Shown: one piece after another, positions 37,407 through 40,205 of the stretch
Layout of the letters: every line of letters begins with the position of its first letter
Numbering within the stretch: position 1 is the stretch's first letter
Source of the DNA: Oxalobacteraceae bacterium
Lineage (GTDB): Bacteria; Pseudomonadota; Gammaproteobacteria; Burkholderiales; Burkholderiaceae_D
Direction of reading: 5' to 3'
NCBI GenBank assembly: GCA_027485535.1
Contig: JAIXQV010000254.1
Span: 1 to 40,205, forward strand
Length of the DNA: 40,205 bases
Made by a program: the position numbers and the translations under genes
The notes under the pieces: model-generated
The model's database searches: none
What the model was told of the DNA's origin: nothing
Seen by the model: the letters and a program-made list of their open reading frames with translations, nothing else

Positions 37407-38899
37407 TGGGTCGATTGCTGCGGGCCAATCTGCTGGCCACTGCGCGCAATCCGATGGCGCTGATTTATGGCTGGCTGTTCCCGTTGATCTTTCTGGCGGG
37501 CTTCTGGGCGCTTTATGGCGATGATCCGCTACCGCTGGCGCTGCATGCCGGACAGTTTTTCACAATCACCATATTGGGCAGCGCCGCCTTTGGTCTGCCT
37601 ACCCAGATGGTAGCCGAACGGGAAGCCGGGCTGTGGCGGCACTATGCCCTCACGCCGGCGCCGCGCTGGCGCTTTGTGCTGGCGATGGTGCTGGCGCGGG
37701 CGGTGCTGCTCGCTGGCGCGTTGATCCTGCAACATTTGGCGGCCCGCGCGCTGGGCATGCCGGCGCTGCCGCATCCGGTGTCTACACTTTTGGCACTGAT
37801 CGTGGCGAGCCTGTGCTTCTTGTGCATCGGCGCGTTGATCGGCAGTCTGGTGGGCAATGTACCGGCGGTGCAGGCACTGGGCCAATGCATCTTCCTGCCG
37901 ATGCTAATCCTGGGCGGGGTGGCGGTGCCGCTGGCCAGCCTGCCCGATTGGGCGCTGCCTTTGTCAAACCTGTTGCCCGGCCGTCATGCGGTGGTTGCGA
38001 TCCAGACAGCGGTGACCGGCACCGGCACGCAGGCGGCGCGGTTCGAGCTGGCGATGCTGGCCGGTCACGGTGCGCTGGCGCTGGTGGCGGCGGTGCTGCT
38101 GTTCCGCTGGGAACCGGGGGCGCGGGTGCAGATTGGGCGGCGTGGGTGGTGGCTGGTGCTGGCGGCAGCGATGTGGCTGGCGCTGGCCGGGCTGGCGCAC
38201 AGCCGGGCGCGGCCGGTGCCGGCGCCGCCGGATCGGGCGGCGGCGGGGGTGGTGGCGGATTATGTACGGGGGGTTGGGGCGCCGGCCGTGCCCCGGAAAA
38301 AACTGCCTGTGGCGCAGAACCACCCCCAGCCCCTCCCCCCGGATCAAGTCCGGGATAGGCTGCAAGCGGGAGGGGGGGCGGTAGTGCCGGTGCCGCAGCC
38401 GGTGCCCGAACTACCCCAGGAGCTGCCGGCCCCTGATCTTGATGCCATCGCCTTTGAACGGCTGCCGCCCGATGCCGGGCTGGTGGCGCCGATTGCGGTG
38501 GAGCCGGCGGATGCGGCGCTGGCAAACGCATTGGCGCGGATTGAGCGGCAATTGGCGCAGTGGCCGCCTGCCAGAGAGGGTGATGCTGTGCAGCAGGTGC
38601 GCAACATGCTCCTGATCGCCGCCGTGCCCGATCTGTTGCAGATGGACCCGCTGGAACGCCATCTGCCGTTGCTGGTTGAAGCGCAGTTGCAGGCGCGCTT
38701 CGGCGCGCTGTTGCCGGCGTTGCTGGCGCAGGTGGCGCTTAACCCGCAGGCCGGCAGCGTGGCGGCGCGGGCCGATCTGCCAGCGCTGGGCCTGCCGGCG
38801 CACACGGGAACAGAAGGGCCTGTGCGCGGGCGGGTGATGCTTTATGCTTTCAAGCTGCTCGGCCGGGTGACCGGACGGCGGGTAGGTGACCCCGCCTAG
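37403..38899 (+). CDS. ABC-2 type permease with C-terminal soluble extension
   Basis: Six to seven TM helices with ERE.G motif, overlapping the ATPase stop. Confidence 0.85.
   Translation: MMGRLLRANLLATARNPMALIYGWLFPLIFLAGFWALYGDDPLPLALHAGQFFTITILGSAAFGLPTQMVAEREAGLWRHYALTPAPRWRFVLAMVLARAVLLAGALILQHLAARALGMPALPHPVSTLLALIVASLCFLCIGALIGSLVGNVPAVQALGQCIFLPMLILGGVAVPLASLPDWALPLSNLLPGRHAVVAIQTAVTGTGTQAARFELAMLAGHGALALVAAVLLFRWEPGARVQIGRRGWWLVLAAAMWLALAGLAHSRARPVPAPPDRAAAGVVADYVRGVGAPAVPRKKLPVAQNHPQPLPPDQVRDRLQAGGGAVVPVPQPVPELPQELPAPDLDAIAFERLPPDAGLVAPIAVEPADAALANALARIERQLAQWPPAREGDAVQQVRNMLLIAAVPDLLQMDPLERHLPLLVEAQLQARFGALLPALLAQVALNPQAGSVAARADLPALGLPAHTGTEGPVRGRVMLYAFKLLGRVTGRRVGDPA
38321..38375 (+). 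repeat. Nested palindromic (REP/RPE-like) repeat inside the permease CDS
   Basis: CCCCTCCC..GCAAGCGGGAGGGG hairpin with CCCGGATCAAGTCCGGG hairpin inside. Confidence 0.55.
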
Positions 38900-39580
38900 C
38901 GCCGCACGTCGGAACCGCCGACGAGGAAGGCATCGATGTCGCGCTGGCCGAACAGGCTGGCATCACCGGGAAGGCCGTGCTTGAGGCAGGCCAGCGCCAA
39001 GCGGGTGTTGGCGGCGTGGGCTTGGGCTATATCGCCTTTTGACAGGCCATGCAGCACGCCGGCGGCAAAGGCATCGCCGGCACCGATCCGATCAACAATC
39101 CCGGAAATGGCGATCTCGTTGGTCTGCACATGGCCGTCGTGCGTGTCGATTCGCGCCGCAAGCTGGTGGCGATCGGCATCGTGGGCGTGGCGTGCGGTGG
39201 ACGCCATCAATTGCAGGCGCGGGAAGGCGGCTTCGGAGGCGGCGCGGCGGCGATCATCACCGCTGCCGGCAAAATCACGGCCGAGCAGCAGGGCGATATC
39301 CTGATGATTGCCGAACAATATGTCGGAATGGGCTATCAGGCGGCTCAATATGTCTTGCGGGTTGCTGTTCCAAGCGGCCCACAGCTGGGCGCGATAATTG
39401 CCGTCGAACGAGACTGGCACGCCCAGATCGGCCGCCGCCCGCGCCGCCGACAGTGCTAGTTCGGCCGATTGCGGCCCCAGCGCTGGGGTGATGCCGGAAA
39501 GATGCAGTCGCGCCGCGCAGGCCGGCGCCGGGTGACAAGAAATACAGGCCCATGCGCCCCGGCAGTGTGGCCACGCCGCC
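38896..39580 (-). pseudogene. PfkB-family sugar kinase (KdgK-like) pseudogene
   Basis: PGRMGLYFLSPGAGLR in one frame and LHLSGITPALG..SFDGNYRAQLW..DRIGAGDAFAAG..KHGLPGD in another. Frameshift, internal deletion and missing N-terminus. Confidence 0.8.
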
Positions 39581-40195
39581 GCCGATGCCGTCGGCGTGCA
39601 GGTGGTGAGCGTCGAAGTGGAGGACATGCCGCGCCTTGATGCCTCCGATCCCGATGAGCGGGCGCAGGCCGTGGCCGAAGGCAAGGTCTGGCTTGAAAAG
39701 GCCCGCGTGTTGGGTTGCACATCGATGCGCTTCAACGTTAACCGCAGCCGCAGCGAAGAGGTGAACCGCGAGGCCGCCATCGAAGTGCTGCGCGAGATGG
39801 CCGATCATGGCCGCCGGCTGGGCGTGGTGGTGCTCCTAGAAAATCATGGCGGCGCCACCGCCAATATTGCTGCCATGGTGGAGCTGGTCAGGGCGGTGAA
39901 CCACAAGTTCGTCAAGGCTGAACCTGATTGGGGTGCCTGGGTGCCGCCTGGTGACCGGTATCAGGCGATGCAATCGGCGATGGAATTGGCCCATATCGTG
40001 TCGGCCAAGGGCCAGTTGTTTGATCCCGACACCTATGCCCACACCAGTTTCGATGTGGCGCGGCTGGCGCGGGAGGCAGAGGCAATCGGCTTCAAGGGGG
40101 TCTATTCGATCGAACTCTACAACACGCCGGCTCCGGCCGATACGGACCGGGCGTTGTGGTCCATGATCCGCGCCATCGCGGGTGAGATGCGCTGA
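39575..40195 (+). pseudogene. Sugar phosphate isomerase/epimerase (xylose-isomerase-like TIM barrel), 5'-truncated
   Basis: LLENHGG, EPDWG, SAKG, YSIE motifs. Begins mid-domain at AAADAVGVQVV with no clear RBS or start. Confidence 0.7.
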
Positions 40196-40205
40196 TCAGG
40201 CCAAC

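Noticed and set aside
28444-38803. Long antisense or alternative-frame ORFs (e.g. 28444-29691, 29688-31280, 32368-33612, 34958-36019)
   Set aside because: Expected stop-poor shadow frames of high-GC genes, with no recognisable motifs
27100-40205. Right att site of element 2
   Set aside because: No convincing GTGCACCA copy found by eye. Partial matches (GGGTGCG at ~27197, TGCACCA at ~31792 inside a CDS) are too short

Overview
The window opens with tRNA-Arg(CCG) (41-117), which has acted as an integration hotspot. Element 1 (~110-21070, bounded by a 9-bp GTGCACCAT repeat) is an integrative mobilizable element. It carries a large serine recombinase missing from the ORF track because its frame runs antisense through the tRNA and off the window edge. 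It also carries a VirD4/TraG coupling protein, a candidate MOBP-type oriT, mobC, a relaxase with His in place of the motif-I Tyr, ardC, a stand-alone HEPN-motif protein and a seven-gene defence-like operon. That operon encodes an RHH regulator, an MmeI/YeeA-like methyltransferase, a small PD-(D/E)xK-like nuclease, an SF2 helicase, a T5orf172/GIY-YIG nuclease, a 70-aa protein and a Rad50/RloC-like ATPase. Element 2 (~21062-27280) appears to be an older insertion at the same tRNA end, with a second serine recombinase, two tandem tyrosine recombinases and an excisionase-like HTH. It is followed by an IS3 remnant and its right att site is not visible. The remaining ~12.6 kb is visibly more GC-rich, host-like alphaproteobacterial DNA: two TonB-dependent receptors, a Tat-exported carboxylesterase, a DedA/VTT protein, a PVC-type heme protein, an ABC pair and two head-to-head 5'-truncated sugar genes. 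All calls come from reading motifs by eye, and no database search was run.
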